A stretch of DNA of 64,000 nucleotides, taken from positions 26,784,001 to 26,848,000 of the forward strand of contig CM022673.1 of the NCBI GenBank assembly GCA_012295275.1. Reading direction: 5' to 3'. This DNA is from Chrysomallon squamiferum (lineage: Eukaryota > Animalia > Mollusca). Below, one piece after another: positions 13,991 through 28,798 of this stretch (positions are counted from its first letter, which is position 1; every line of letters begins with the position of its first letter). The translations under genes were made by a program, and so were the position numbers. The notes below the pieces were generated by a model. It saw only the letters and a list, made by a program, of their open reading frames with translations. It made no database searches and was not told the origin of the DNA.

Positions 13991-15585
13991 AAAATCTAAA
14001 CCAGTTAGAGAACTTTTAGTGGAGCAAGAAATTTCATATCGATACAAGGAAAAGAAAGATTGTGTTTTGTTTGTGGGACAGGAGTAAGTGAAGAAAATCC
14101 TAGGTATTTGCTTTAATTTGTTTATTGTTTAAGAGTTACAACAGAACTGTTGGTAATCACCCATGCATTTATATTATTTCATTAAACTAAACAACTTCTT
14201 GTCGATCTGATTATAAAACACAGCTAAGCTGAACAAATGAAGATATTGATTGGAGAAAGGTTAAATCAGTTTACTGATTAGTTCAGTCTTAAATGCTTAC
14301 ACAGGTGGGTGTCAGGTTAACTGTTTACAAGCAGATGTGCATTCATCCTCCCACATGCACATGCACGACATGCATTTTCATGTACACACATACGTTTCTA
14401 CTTACACGTAAAACTTGTTTCAGCAGTAGGGTTAATTAATTCAGTCTTATTCAGTCTCGAGTTACATTAAACTCTTCTCTTTTTTTTAACAGTTTTCCAT
14501 GAACATTTTGAACTGTCTGTGTATATAGTCATCTTAATGAATAACAGTAACACTGAAGAAAGCAGTTCACAGAGTTCACTAGATGAATGTGTTTTGTTAT
14601 GTTTTATTAAACATACCGTCTGTCTGGCTTGTATGAAAATTAATTCGTAGACAGTGTTTATGGAAATCAGATTTAAAATGTGTTGTGTCTGCTTGTTCGC
14701 ACTTCTGCAGTTAGAGGCATAATAATGGTATATTTCAGTTCTTCAAAGACAATGACTTCCATTTTGTTAGCCATTAAGATTAAAGGAGCACCTGTGTTAA
14801 TTAGAAAATAGGAAAAAAAAAAAAATGGTTCTTATTGATTTATATATAAGAATATAAAATAAATAAATTATTAAATAAATAATTTAAATAAGCAGTAAAT
14901 ATAAGTTGAAAAAAAGAAATATGGAAGAACATATTTGTGTATGTGTGCATAAATGATTGTCTTCAATGAATGAATGAATGATGAATGAATGAATGAAATG
15001 AATGAGTGAATGAGTGAATGAATGATTGAATGAATGAATGAATGAATGAGTGAGTGAATGAATGAATAAGTAAATAAATAAGTTTAAAACAAAGAAATAA
15101 AAAAACAAAACCAAAAACACAAGAGGAAAGCAACATGCCATTGTGTGTGTGCACAAACTGTTGTTATCTGGAATAAATCTCAGAATATACTCGAAGTAAT
15201 TTCCTTTATGGGGAGATTCAGTCTGCAGCAACGGAAATTATGTCAATTCCAGTTCCACTGTTGATTGCTGTGCTCAGATGGACCGAAACAATCTGGCATG
15301 ATCAGTGATTAATTCTGTGTTTGGCTGACATTGCTTAGACTTAAGATATCAGTCCAGTGACTGGAAGCTATTAACATGCAAGATTAATTTCCATGTGTAT
15401 TAACGTGAATCTAAATATTTAGTACGTGTAGGAAACAGCTTTGTATGATTATCTCATCCAGCAGCAGTTAATCATTCTCCTCATCATCATCATCATCATT
15501 GCCAGTGTGCAGTGGGCTATCGGCTTCAGTGAGTTACGATTTCGGAGAACTTGGAAATGGTTTCTGAGACCTTTCAGATTTGGAA

Positions 15586-15618
<33 letters not shown>

Positions 15619-16219
15619 CGAAAAATCTGAAAAAAAAATATGGGAACATGATTTTAAAGCAAGAAGAAAGGAAATATGAGCATTGATTAATATGGTAAAA
15701 ACAAACAAAAAATTAAAAATGGGGGTGAAAAAAGAATATTTGTGTAAATTTTGAAAAGGAAAAATACAGGTTAACAAAGATGTTAAAAATGTATTATTGA
15801 CTGTTCTTACTAACCTTCAGAGCAGACTGCAACTCATTTTTTTTTTTTTTTTTTTTTTTTAACCTTATTTCCATCAAAATGAGGCTACAGTTCAGATTTT
15901 ACAATGTTGGCATGCAAAATAATGCTTGTAGGTTCATTCCTCCTTGCACTTAATGCACCTGTTGGAACGTTCTCATTACCAATCGCTTTTTATCAGAATG
16001 CCGTGTACATGCTTTCCTGTCTGTGATAACATGCCTGTAACAAATTCTCTTGTCGCTAATTGATAACAACAGCACCTGAGTGACAGCAGCATGTTCTCTC
16101 ACTCTTTTCAGCAGTGTTAAACAACAGATCAGTCGATTATTTACAAATAAAATAGTTCCTTCTTTCAAGTGCAAGTCATTGTGAAAAGGTTGATTACAGA
16201 AATGTAGATGGTGTCTTAC

Positions 16220-16810
16220 AAGTATGAATTTGACTTCAGGAGTAAATGGTTTTTATTCTAGAAAGATCCGTCAAGTTTGAATATTAATTTCAACTAAAAA
16301 TATCTGTTAGGGTTTGGCTTACAAAATTAAATTGTTACTTTTAGAGTGATGTATTAAGTTTGAATGTGGTAATTTCTGTTAGAAATATCCATCATGTGTA
16401 AGAATGACTTCTGAATTAAATAGTTATTTCTGAAAGAGATCAGTCACATTTATGTGTGAAAATTTCTTCAAGAAATATCTATGAAGTATAATTTTCACTG
16501 CAGTTAACAATTTCTTCTGGAAAGATTTATCAAGACTGAAAATGGAAATTTTTAAGCATATATCTGACTTCAGAGTTAAACAGTTACTAGAAAGATCCTT
16601 CTAGTCAATGTTTTTAGCAGTTTTTTGTAGAAAGAGCACATAAAAACTTTAAAGTTAGTTTCTTCTATTAAATGTGAAATAATTATTAAAGTATAATTTT
16701 GACTTTAGTGATATTTTTTTTTTTTTTTTTCTTGAAATGTCTGTCAAACAGAAATTTGATTTCAAAGTCAAACAGTTCGTGGAAAGGTCTATCTAGTTTA
16801 GAACTTGACA
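16220..16810. repeat. Highly degenerate ~60-bp tandem repeat
   Basis: Recurrent tgactt(c)..gagttaaa...gaaagat...tcaag motifs at roughly 60-bp spacing. Confidence 0.5.
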
Positions 16811-17684
16811 ATCGTTTGCTACTTCAACGAGGAAAAACCAGTTTTCTTAGAGTGATTGCTTGAGTGTAATTTCAGACACCCATCTTGTCCCATGCTTACA
16901 TGGGCCAAAGCAATCACCACAGTCATTTTGTTATCAGTCACTTGTATTTAAATGATGGAGTGAAGCAGACAAATTATTCTGTCGATCCTGTTTTCACCCA
17001 AAAAAAAGACTAAACTGGTACCACAGCTAGAATGTTGATGTAGGTCTTGAGGTCTTTGTGATCGAAGAATTCAGCAATTTTCAGTTGATCAGTGAAAACA
17101 CAGGACTTTAATCTCAACGTGTTGGATTAGGTAATGTAAGTTGTCACAGATCAGAGCAGATCAGACAAGTGATTGTGATTTAATGGTTAAAAATGGAGAT
17201 AGGGTTAGATGTTGATGTTTGAAAGTGTTGATGCAATGATCGGAATATCAGGTTAAATTCGTAACTAAATACACAATATATGAATCTCGAATGTAACGAT
17301 ATTAATTTAATATATACCAAACTTAAACTTTAAATGCTAAATTAAAATTCTAAACACACTCATAATTAATTTTTTAACTTGTAAAAACAAGTTCTATTAA
17401 AATAGTTAAAATTCAAAACAGAAATCTAATAATAAGAGACTGAACTTCAATTTTGTACTGAATAATATGATGATTTAAATCCTTCCATTTTTTCCAAAAC
17501 AACTCTTTTTATTATTTTCGTCATACATTTCATAAGTTTATAAGTTTGATTTTATTCATCACATTTTATTTAAATCTAGAATTTACAGGGTTTAATAAAT
17601 AATCTTTTTGACTTGCATGTACTGTAATCTGTAATTATGGATGTATATAACAATAGAACTGTTAAAAATAAAATATTCTAACAC

Positions 17685-18350
17685 GTTTAATATAGTTATT
17701 AATAAATAATCTTAAAACCATTGTTTGTTGTAATCCTTAATTATAGATTTATATAACAACAGGATAAATCGGTATTTCATTTATTTTTTTTTTATATCAA
17801 GGATTCATGGTTCTAACAAGTTTAATATAATTGTTAATAAGTTATCTTAGAAACTAATGTTTGCTGTAATCTATAATTACAGATTTATATAACAACAGGA
17901 TTGATCAGTATTTCATTTTTTTTTTTTTTTTTTTATTTTTTTTAAAACAAGAATTCATGGTGCAAACAAGTTTAATATAATTATTAATAAGTTACCTTAG
18001 AAACCAATGTTTGTTCTAATGCATAATTATAGATTTATATAACAACAGGATAGATCGGTATTTAGTTTTTTTTTTTTCTTTTTTTTTTAAATCAAGAATT
18101 CATGGTGGTAACAAGTTCAATATAATTATTAATAAGTTACCTTAGAAACCAATGTTTGCTGTAACCTATAATTATAGATTTATATAACAACAGGATAGAT
18201 CAGCATTTCATTTTCTTAATTTTCTTCTTTTTTTTTAAATCAAGAATTCATGGTGGTAACAAGTTTAATATAATTATTAATAAATTACCTTAGAAACGAA
18301 TTTTTTTTTTTTTAAATCAAGTTTAATGTGATTATTAATGAGTTATCTTT
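17685..18350. repeat. Minisatellite, ~135-150 bp unit, ~4.5 copies
   Basis: agatttatataacaacaggat...poly(T)...attcatggt...aacaagtttaatataatt.ttaataagtta..ttagaaac.aatgtttg repeated at ~17741, 17876, 18026 and 18172; unit length varies with the T-tract. Confidence 0.9.
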
Positions 18351-18763
18351 TGTAACTTTTGTTTAATACAGTCCTCATTGACTGATACTTGGCTCAGTTA
18401 AAGTATACATGTATAAATAGCTTAAATATGTTTTGTATCAATATGATTAATATGTTTGTTTCTGGACAGCTGTTGACTGTAAGATGCAGAACTGTTAGGA
18501 TGTAATGAGCTGCCATTTTCCATGTTACAAGGTCCCTGACCACTCGGGAAAACTTTGACACACAAAACAAATCTTCACCAGTCATAAATCATTGGTAGTT
18601 TCAATATGAAGTCATTTTCAACTTGTCTTTTCTTTCTTTTTTATTCTCTTAAAGTGATATAAAAGAAAACCAAAACCAAAACAGTAACTACAAGAAAAGG
18701 AGAAATGGCAACTACTGTGAATATCATATTGTGCTAGAAATTAGTGTCTGTGAGGGAGTTGTG

Positions 18764-18799
<36 letters not shown>

Positions 18800-19739
18800 G
18801 AGAGAGAGTGTGTATGTGTGTGTGTGTGTGTTCTCGTGCAATTGCATGTGTGTATTTAATATTCTGTTTTCAGTTCAAAACACTTCATTATTTATATTGA
18901 CATAATCAATAATTTTTATTTACAAAACGAGAAAAATGTTTTAAGTCTTGATGCTTTTAACTCATTCACAGTAAGGAACAGCACTAATAGCTTTCTTCAT
19001 CTTTAATATTAATATTTTCACCAGAACAATACAGTCTCGATTAAATATTAAACATTTAGTTTTTTTCGAATGTAATTTTCAAAGTATTCATCTTCTTTCT
19101 TACTTATTTTTTTATTTTTTATTTTTTTTTATCAACACTAATGAACGGTGTGAAATTCACGTATTGTTAAACCACTTCTGCACGATTAAACATTTATTAC
19201 TTGTTCCTCGCTTGAGTCCCCACAGCTTTTAAAAGCTGCCGTCGGCCATTAAATATTCATAGTGAAATGTTTGTCTGTTTTCAGGTCACCTTATTTCCAG
19301 ACCATCTGAAGAAGAGACATGTGTATGTGCAGTTGTTATTGGTTTTTTCGTCAGAACTGGCTTCGCAGCTGACCATGGAGCATTTACTCGACTGCCAGTC
19401 CTCAGACAGCTGTGATCAATCACAAGAACCATCTACTGAATGCTGTTGTCACTTGAACCATGCTTCATTAGACAGGACAGCGAAAACTTGGCTTCTGTTT
19501 GGAGCAGATATGTCGTTTAACAAGTGATCAGCAATTACTGTTACACACTCCCACACACAGACACACACACATACATACATACATAAATACCCAGACACAC
19601 ATACACACACACACTTACATACCCAGACACACACATGAACACATATATACCCACACACAGAGACACACACAAACGTGCATGCACACTCTCTCTATCTCTC
19701 TTTAATCACTGAATGCCCTTTTCGGTCACCAAACGTCTT

Positions 19740-20420
19740 TCAAGCAGAAACTGAAATCAATTTGCACTTATCTGTTTTTATCAGACTACACAGAAAAATT
19801 AACATTAATCTACATGTAGATGTGTTTTATCAGAAACTTGCTGACAAACAGAAAATTAAAATCAGTCTAAACATACGTATTTCATTAGATGTACGTAGCG
19901 ACAAGCAGAAAGCGAAGTCAGTCAACATGTTTGTGTTTTATCCGAATAATTGACAAGCAGGAAGCAAAATCAGTTGACATGCATGTGTTTTATCAGACAC
20001 AGTGACAGACAATAAAACCAAATCAATCTACATGTATGTTTTATCAGATAAAGTTACAAGCAGAAAACCGAATCAGACAGTATCGAGCAGAATATAAAAT
20101 CAATCTATATCTATCTATTTTATCATACATAGTGACAAGCAGAAAACAAAAATCAGTCTGCATATATTTTATACTGAAAAGTAAAATCAGTTTACATGTA
20201 TATATTTAATGAGACTTGGTGACAATCAGAAAATAAAATCTATCTGCATGAATACATTTTATCATTGAATGATATCATATATATCTATACAAGCTGAATG
20301 GAAAGTGAATCATTGATATCAGATACATAGTGACAAGTAGAAAGTAAAATAAATCTGCACATACATATTTTACCAGACAGGGACAAACAGAAGATAAAAA
20401 TCAGTCTGCATATTCCTATT
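19740..20420. repeat. Degenerate ~55-60 bp minisatellite, about a dozen copies
   Basis: Recurrent gacaagcagaaa...aaatca(g/a)tct.catgt...ttttatcaga. Confidence 0.75.
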
Positions 20421-20729
20421 GTCTCACATGTTATCGTCAGAAATACAAAACAGAAGCAAAAGTAAAATGAAAATCAAATATTCACATTGTTACTGATTGT
20501 ATTTTTTTGATAAAAAAAAAAAAAAAATCATCAAAATAAGAAATAACATGTTCTTCCAGGAACACAAATGTTCTTGTCTTTAAGAGTATTCTACAGTGAT
20601 ACAGTGTAATTATTTTGAAGTTCGAAGTCTTTTTTGTATAATCACAGAATTTTAATCCTCAGTTATTCTGTTTGAAACCTGGCAGTCTTCATTTTACCTT
20701 TAAGAAAAAAATATATATATAATAAAAAA

Positions 20730-20784
<55 letters not shown>

Positions 20785-21597
20785 CTTATTATTCTTCTTA
20801 TTATTATTATCTTTTGCTGTCTAATTAATCACTTAATTTTTGAGGTATCTGATGTCACACTTCATCAGTTGACTTTTCTAAACTTTTATGATGATTCACA
20901 CCAACAAAATCATTTATATAATATAAATAAATAAATAAACAGATAAATTCCTGTAATTTAATAATTGGCTAACAGAGATCTTGTGAAAAAACTGTGTCTG
21001 AAGAATCATTTTAAAATGTTAGTATTTATATTTGTTTGATGACAGTTGTTACTAGTGTTTGAAAAGTTGTGAATTTATCTAAATCCCAAGTTATTTTCTT
21101 TTTTTTACATTTGTTGCTGTATTCAGGTTTAATAATTCTTCAGTATTTAATCAGGATATACATATATTTATTTTAATTTATTTCTAACAATATTTATTTA
21201 ATATTTCTATAACGATGTGTTTTACTAGTGTTTTGGGCTTGTAAATTGTTTTCTTTGTTTAATTCATTGATTATTCAGATTTTTAAAAAAAATATGTATT
21301 AAATTAATTCAAGACTATTAACTGAATTATAATTTTTGTGAGATCAATTTAATAATAACAGATAACAAAACAATAACAAAATTGTTTAACATTTTGTAAT
21401 ATTGGACTGTATAATCAGCAAACACAAATTTTCGTCTGTAATATATATCAAAATAATAACTAAAAGAAAATCAGTAATGGTATTTTTATTGACTTGTTTT
21501 GTTAGGGTTTTTTGGTTTTTTTAATTTATATTAATTGTTGTTGGAGAGATATTTTATGTTGGTTTTGATGGTGTTTTTACAACAGCGAACATACGTG

Positions 21598-21865
21598 AAA
21601 GAATATTGTTAAATCTTCATTTCAAAAATTAAAGTTGTGATTTTTTCTCGTCTCATAAATATGTTTCCTCTGCTTTGAATTGCTCAGACTGGTGATCAAC
21701 TCCAAATGAAACAGTGTTAAATAATATTTTAGTGTTTGAAAGAATACTCTTGTTAAATCTTTGTTTCAGTAATTAAAGCTGACTTTTATTGTCTCTTGGA
21801 TACGTTTTCTCTGCTATGATTTACCGTTTCTGGTGATCAAATAAAAATGAAACATCATTAAATAA
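21598..21865. repeat. Diverged two-copy tandem duplication (~140 bp unit)
   Basis: aagaata...tgttaaatctt...aattaaag...ctctgct...ctggtgatcaa...aaatgaaaca...ttaaataa occurs twice. Confidence 0.65.
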
Positions 21866-23479
21866 GAATTGGCTCCATAACCGAGTTTCGTCTCACTGGC
21901 TTTTATTTATTAACTGAAGAACAAAACATCTTAAAAAGAAAAGAAAATTGACAAACATCAAACAAGCCAGTAAAAAAAAAAAAATTAAAAATGTTTTTTT
22001 TTTTTTTTTTTTAAGAAAACATGTCTTTGAAAAAGATTATTAGATATTGAAGATTTTTTTTTTTTTTTTGGTACTTTTCTTTCATTTTTTTGTTTTATTC
22101 TTTTTTTTTTTTTTTTTAAATTTGTTATTCATGAATTATTTATTCTTTTTTTTTTTGTTGCACTTTTATTTGTGATTATAACACACATGCACCTTTCCTG
22201 TTCTATGCAACTTGCTAAAACAACAAACTTTATACAGAATATTTTTAAGACTTGATCAGTTCACAACTATTGTACATAAAACTGATGATCTGTTCTTGAA
22301 ATATAATTACCTTATAACAAAAAACAAAACAAAAAAAAGAAGAATCCAAATTAAATATCAGAAAACTTAGAACACAGCCTATATTCAACTGTTATCATTA
22401 TACAATGCAGCATCACATATTTTGTTTACAGCATTAAAGAAATATTTTTGTTTTGTTTGTAGTTGTATTCATGCACAGTCATTTTGCAGTTTGATGCAGT
22501 TAAAAACTGAAATTTGGTGCATTGTGTGATTAGGTATTTCAACTGTACATTCAATGATGTATTATGAATAAACATTATGTATGTATGTTATAGAATTTTA
22601 TGAAAATGTTAGAATAAAAATTTATAATTTGATCTCCTTTTTCTCTTTTTTTTAAATTTTTTTTAGTATTTCTTCATCTTCTTCTTATTATTTATTCTTA
22701 GTTTTATTATTATTATTATTATTATTTATTATTATTATTATTATTAATAGTATTGCTACTACTACGACTACTACTACTACTACTGCTACTGCTGCTGCTA
22801 CTGTTGTTACTATTATTAGGTTTCCATAATGAATGATACTGGTATCAAATCAAATCATACCAGACACCAGAAATATTTCATATTGTTTTAAATAATTAGG
22901 AATTACTGTTTCAAGGTGTAATTGTTTTGTTTAAACAATTTTAAATGCCCATATTAATCTGAATTGTCTTAATGGTCTAGCAGTTGAAAAGATTAGAAGT
23001 AAAAACATAAAAGATCTGTCAAAAAGCAATATCTATAAAATTAAAAAAAAATTAAAAATTAATAAAAAAATTAAAATTTTATGATTAAGAACATGCAAAA
23101 ACAACAATAATAAAAGAATAATAAAAAATCAGTAATAATAAAAAATAATAATGATAATAATTTTAAAAATTCTAATAAAGCATTGCTATGGTAACATTTT
23201 CATGTTCTAGATCTTGCCAAAAAGAAAGGAGATTTTATGAGACTTTGAAGACAAGATCTGAAACATTAAAAAATAATAACAATATTAATACCTTAAAATA
23301 AAAAACCGAAATTCTTTTTTTTACTGAAACGTACTTTTCTTTTGTAGAAAACCCCCCTAAATCTCATCTTTTGTTTTATGTAACAATTAACAACAGTCAC
23401 AGCATTTTATAAATAAATAAATAATAATAATAACAACAAAAAAACTGTCATTCGTAACAAGCAGTTCGGGTCTTTTCGT

Positions 23480-23660
23480 GAGGAATCTGATTGGCGTTAA
23501 GAATCACGTGACCGGTTCATGACATGGCTGTTGAGATTGTAAAAAGCTATATCAGTCAGATCAAACGTTTTTTTCCTAAGAAAGGAGTTCCTGGCAACAT
23601 CTGTTGACTAACCAAGTGGAACGTGTTGTGATCTTCATCTGCTGACGTCATACGAAACCG
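23480..23660. promoter_or_regulatory. Promoter-like module (NF-Y CCAAT + USF-type E-box + RFX X-box + CRE)
   Basis: ATTGG 23490-23494, TCACGTGAC 23504-23512, GTTCCTGGCAAC 23587-23598, TGACGTCA 23643-23650; lies where CpG density rises. Confidence 0.5.
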
Positions 23661-23790
23661 AGCAGACGTAGCATCATCTTCTTTAATATTGGTTTCTTGT
23701 CCACGATGGGGAATCGTACAGAATGAAAATTAATACAGGCAGTTAATTGATAGATCGATCATTCAGTCAATAAACTAATATATAAAATGC

Positions 23791-23834
<44 letters not shown>

Positions 23835-25310
23835 TAGTGATAATAATGATAATAATAATAATGGGTACTACTACTACTACTACTAATAATAGCTAATAAT
23901 AATAATAATGAAAATGATAACGATGATGATGATGATGATGGTGATGATGATAATGGGTAATAATAATAAATACATTTACCATTAATATATGTTTAAATAC
24001 GAGAGAAAGAAATACGTTTTACACATATTTACACATAAAAACAAAGAACTGGCTGGAAATCGAACCACACAACGCGTATGCAAAACCCAGATTTTTTGCA
24101 TTATTTTTTTTTTCGTTTTTTTTTTTTTTTCGTATTCCTGTGACTGCATTAAAACGTTTAACTTCAGGAGCAAGTTTCTGTAAAAAAAAACGTCATTATG
24201 CAAATTAGTAGGAGTAACCACGGCGATTCTCCGAAGGATTCGCCATTCTTGAGATCAAAGAGTTGTATCCAAAAGAAAAAGAAATAAATAACAAATATCA
24301 ATTAAGAAAAAAAAAAAAAAAAAAAAAAATAACGGTTGACTTAATGTTATTAAAAATACATATTCAGGTCAATAAAGCTTTGATTTTTGAAGAAAAAAAA
24401 AAACATGGGTTTACGTTTTCACTAGAGCTGCTACTTACAAATTTCTCCTTTACTCAATAAGTCATCTGCGTATACCTTGATCGAACGTATTAATTTTCTT
24501 AACAGTTTGCAATGATATTAATATCGTATTTCAGCCGTGTTACTGATTATTGACTGTAAATAACATGTCTACGCACGTCAGTGAAAGAAGTTAATATGTC
24601 TTTATGATTTACAAAGATATTAATATAAATATGAGAGACGCTATAAAGTTTTTTTTTTTTTTTTTATTTCTACGTAAGAGGCGTAGAACAGTTACACCTA
24701 ATATTTGTTCCAGATTCCATTCAAGAACGCTAAACGTTCCGACATACTGAAAGGGCATCAAGGTTTTTTGGATCATAGACCGATTTTGTACGTAATATTA
24801 CGTATTTTTATGTGTGGGCAAAGACAGTAATTTCATATATGACTTGAAACAGAACGTACAAATCAACATTTTCCGAATTTTATATTTTTATTGAAAATAC
24901 AATGTTTAATTTGTATTTTTTTTTTTATTTTTTATTTTTTTGTATGTCTGTTTTTGGTATCATTCTGCTACCATCAGAATTCATTTCTAATACAACATAC
25001 AGCGTATGCAATATTTCAATTAGAAACGTTCATTAAAAAACAAAATGGCGTTTTACTCTGCATCATTTAACAGAATAGTTAACTAATATTTTTCATTATG
25101 TATTCCTTATGGTCATAAGCCCATGCAGATTATATGTTTAACGACTTACTTATTCAATCATTCGAACTGAAGAAAACAAAAAACGAAAAAAACTATTAAA
25201 AAAACCCAATCCAAAATGACATTTGTCGAAGTTGTAACTTTTCGCAAAATATATAATTTATGAATATTTCGGTAAAATGAAATATAACATTTTTCAGTGT
25301 TTTGTATTAG

Positions 25311-25356
<46 letters not shown>

Positions 25357-25698
25357 CTTTACGTTTTAAAACGAATTTCTAATCAAACGGCAAAACTGCA
25401 CTGAAGATGATTACATTGTCACCATGGTAACATATCAGATGGGTGAAAGTGAAATAACAACTATCTAGTGATTAAGCCAAGAATATTAAAAAAAAAAAAA
25501 AAAAAAAAAAGGGAACAAATAATTGAGCTATAATAAAAATTAAAAAAAACTTAACAAATATTTCACGTTGATATCAGTGAAATATTTTTCATTGTAACGT
25601 CTCCAAATTGGCAGCAACAATGCAGGGAAAACAAACGTCTATCGATCAGACTCTAAGAACAAACATGATCAATAAATTTTGACAGAAATAATCACCCC

Positions 25699-25753
<55 letters not shown>

Positions 25754-26202
25754 GGCTTAAAAAATAATAAAACAAAAACACGTCCAAGAAAACGTGATTT
25801 CAGAAAACGTGTTTCAATTATGCCGACGTTTGCAGCCTTCAGGATAAATTTTCTTTCTGTACTAGCTGTTAAGCGTTTTCTACAGATGAAAGACAGACTC
25901 TACAATTAATGTTCTTAAACTGATAATGTCAAGTATATACGTAAAAAACATGTGGGTTAATTTAAAGACGTATTTCCAAGCAAAAATTCCATTGACAAGA
26001 TTTGAAAGCATGCGTTATTAGGGATTTCAAAATTTTATATGAAAGACAATGAATGGTTTAACTATTAAAACAAACTAAATGAATTATGTTAACATTTAAA
26101 ACTATTTTTTAAAGAGTTTTTGGTAGTAATGATTAAAATTCGAGTTGAATAACCATGTCTTGAAAACTTGAATTTACGTGAAACAAAATTAAAACGAATT
26201 TT

Positions 26203-26295
<93 letters not shown>

Positions 26296-27932
26296 TTAGC
26301 GTAATGCATTATAGATTTATAGATATTCATAAATCTTTTTTTTTCGGCTGATTTGATTTCTTGTTAATTATTCATTATATCTTATTCCGTCACGTAGAAA
26401 TACATCGCTTTCAACGATTTTTTAACCCTTTACCCGCAACACCTATTTACCTTAAAATACATATATATATACAAAACAGCAAGAAACAAATAAAAAAGAT
26501 GAGAGGAAACCTAAGTGGAATAAAAACGTATTTAAGTTCACGTAACGAGTCGCTCGACGAATGGAACAGGGGTCAGAGCGCGACCTTCACGAGTCGTCTC
26601 TTGTGATTGCTATTTCAACAACTGATGAAATTTGGACGTTGACAAATTGGCGGAATTGGGTCTGATTTCAGAGTGATTGCAAATTTAAACAGGCTGGGAT
26701 CTTAGCCGGTGATACACCGATCTCCATACACACGTAATTACAACTTCTGTCCCGGCCAAATCGGCTGCAGTGTCTTCATTAGACTAATGCCGGCAACGAA
26801 ATCAAATTTTATATTCACGTACTGTTCCGATAGAACGAAACTGGTCGTAGTTTGGGTGCTTTTAAAATATACACCGCAAGTTTTGCAGCGAATGTGTACG
26901 ACAAGTGCGAAACATTTTTAAATGAACAAGGTACAGTTTATATACGAAATTAAAATTTAATATCTGGTTGACATCGAACTGTTCAAACCTCAGCGTTATT
27001 TTGTAAGGAAATGAAACCTAAAATTCGGGTCGTTTCGACACTAACGTCCATGTACGTATAGATATATATTTTGATAAATGAACAACGTGCAGGTTATTTA
27101 AAAATATATTTTTTAAAATTATTATTTACTCACGATTAATATTTCTTTCTGCAAACATCAGCTGCTTGCAAAGCTTTCGAGTACATTAAAAAAAATATCA
27201 GTTTAAAAAAATACATACGCATAACCATACAAAATGCCTTGGTGAACGGAGTTACCTCTCTGAGTGAAATAAAAAACAGAACTGAAAATGATACGGATAG
27301 AGTTTAATACGGAGGATAATGTGGAACGATATTATTAACTTCAGAGAACATTTATGAAGAAATCTGTGAACTCTTCACAAATAGAATTCTAAAATTGTTG
27401 TTGGAATATCAATTAAAAAGCTATTTTGCAAACAGATAAAGGAATAATAATTAAAACGAAACAAGAAATATATATTAAGGATCGAATACAACTACGAACG
27501 GAAATTTAAAAAAAATTTTTATTCAATTTATACATTAAAAAATATATATATATATTTAACGGAAATTGTACTGATTAAATATCTCACGTCTGATTGGTTC
27601 ATTTTTTACTTTTTTTTTTTTTTCTTCTGTTTAAACTAAATTTTAATAATGATTTAAAAAAAATGTTCTCAGCTATTTACATGTCTGTCTGTCTCCTGTT
27701 TGTATATTTCTCTGATTCTGTCTGTGTGCGTCGGTTAGTCTGTCTTTGATTTCATTTACGAAGTAATTGGTTGCAAGAGCTCGTTGATAAAGCGATAATT
27801 CGTAAACTGAACACTTAATTCCCAAAATACGAGGACAAAAAATAAAAATAAAATAAAAAATAAAATAAACGAATAAATAAAATAAAATAATAAGATTTAA
27901 AAATAAATAAATAAATGAAAACATTTTTAAGA

Positions 27933-27964
<32 letters not shown>

Positions 27965-28008
27965 CGATGATGATGATGATAATAATAATAATAATGACGA
28001 TAATGATG

Positions 28009-28062
<54 letters not shown>

Positions 28063-28143
28063 TTGTATGCTAAGGTTAGCATCATAAAATAATATATAAT
28101 ATATAACCAATAAAATTTTATTTAAATTAAAAATACACAAACA

Positions 28144-28178
<35 letters not shown>

Positions 28179-28721
28179 ATGAATAAAAAAAAAAAAAAAA
28201 AAAATGAAAAAAAAAAAAAAAAAGATAATTAAAAAAATGAAATAAAAAATATTTTAGAAATACACTGTTAAATCATCGTCATTAAGAATTAAATTTTTAC
28301 TTGAAAACTGTTGACAATGAATTCTTCACTTCCTCCATTCTTCATTTGTTTTTGTTTCAGCCAGCGTTGTTGGTTTCTCTGAAAAAAATAAAACAACAAA
28401 AAAACCCACAAACAAACTAAAAAACCCCCAAAAACCAACAACAACAAAAAAGAAAAAACACACAAAACCACAAAAAAAATCGGAATTTTCTTCAGAAATT
28501 GTGTCTATGGTTCAAAAACAGTCTACCCACTCTCGTGAATATTTCATGAATGTATGCAAGCAAGTATTTAAATTCTCAGGCTATAATTTCGATGTGCACC
28601 GCGCATCTTTTGAATTTACTGAAAGTTCGTTAAGCGGGAACTATCTGAACATAATTTCTAAATACATCTTGTGTCTCATTGCCTTCGTTTTCATTAGCTG
28701 CAGTAATAGTAATAATAGAAT

Positions 28722-28798
<77 letters not shown>

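Noticed and set aside
17685-18350. Regularly spaced repeats superficially like a CRISPR array
   Set aside because: The whole unit repeats with no unique spacers, no cas genes, eukaryotic context
19284-19527. Possible exon after acceptor-like ttttcag (ORF 19267-19527)
   Set aside because: No recognisable homology, partner exons or strong donor; cannot be excluded as a non-coding exon
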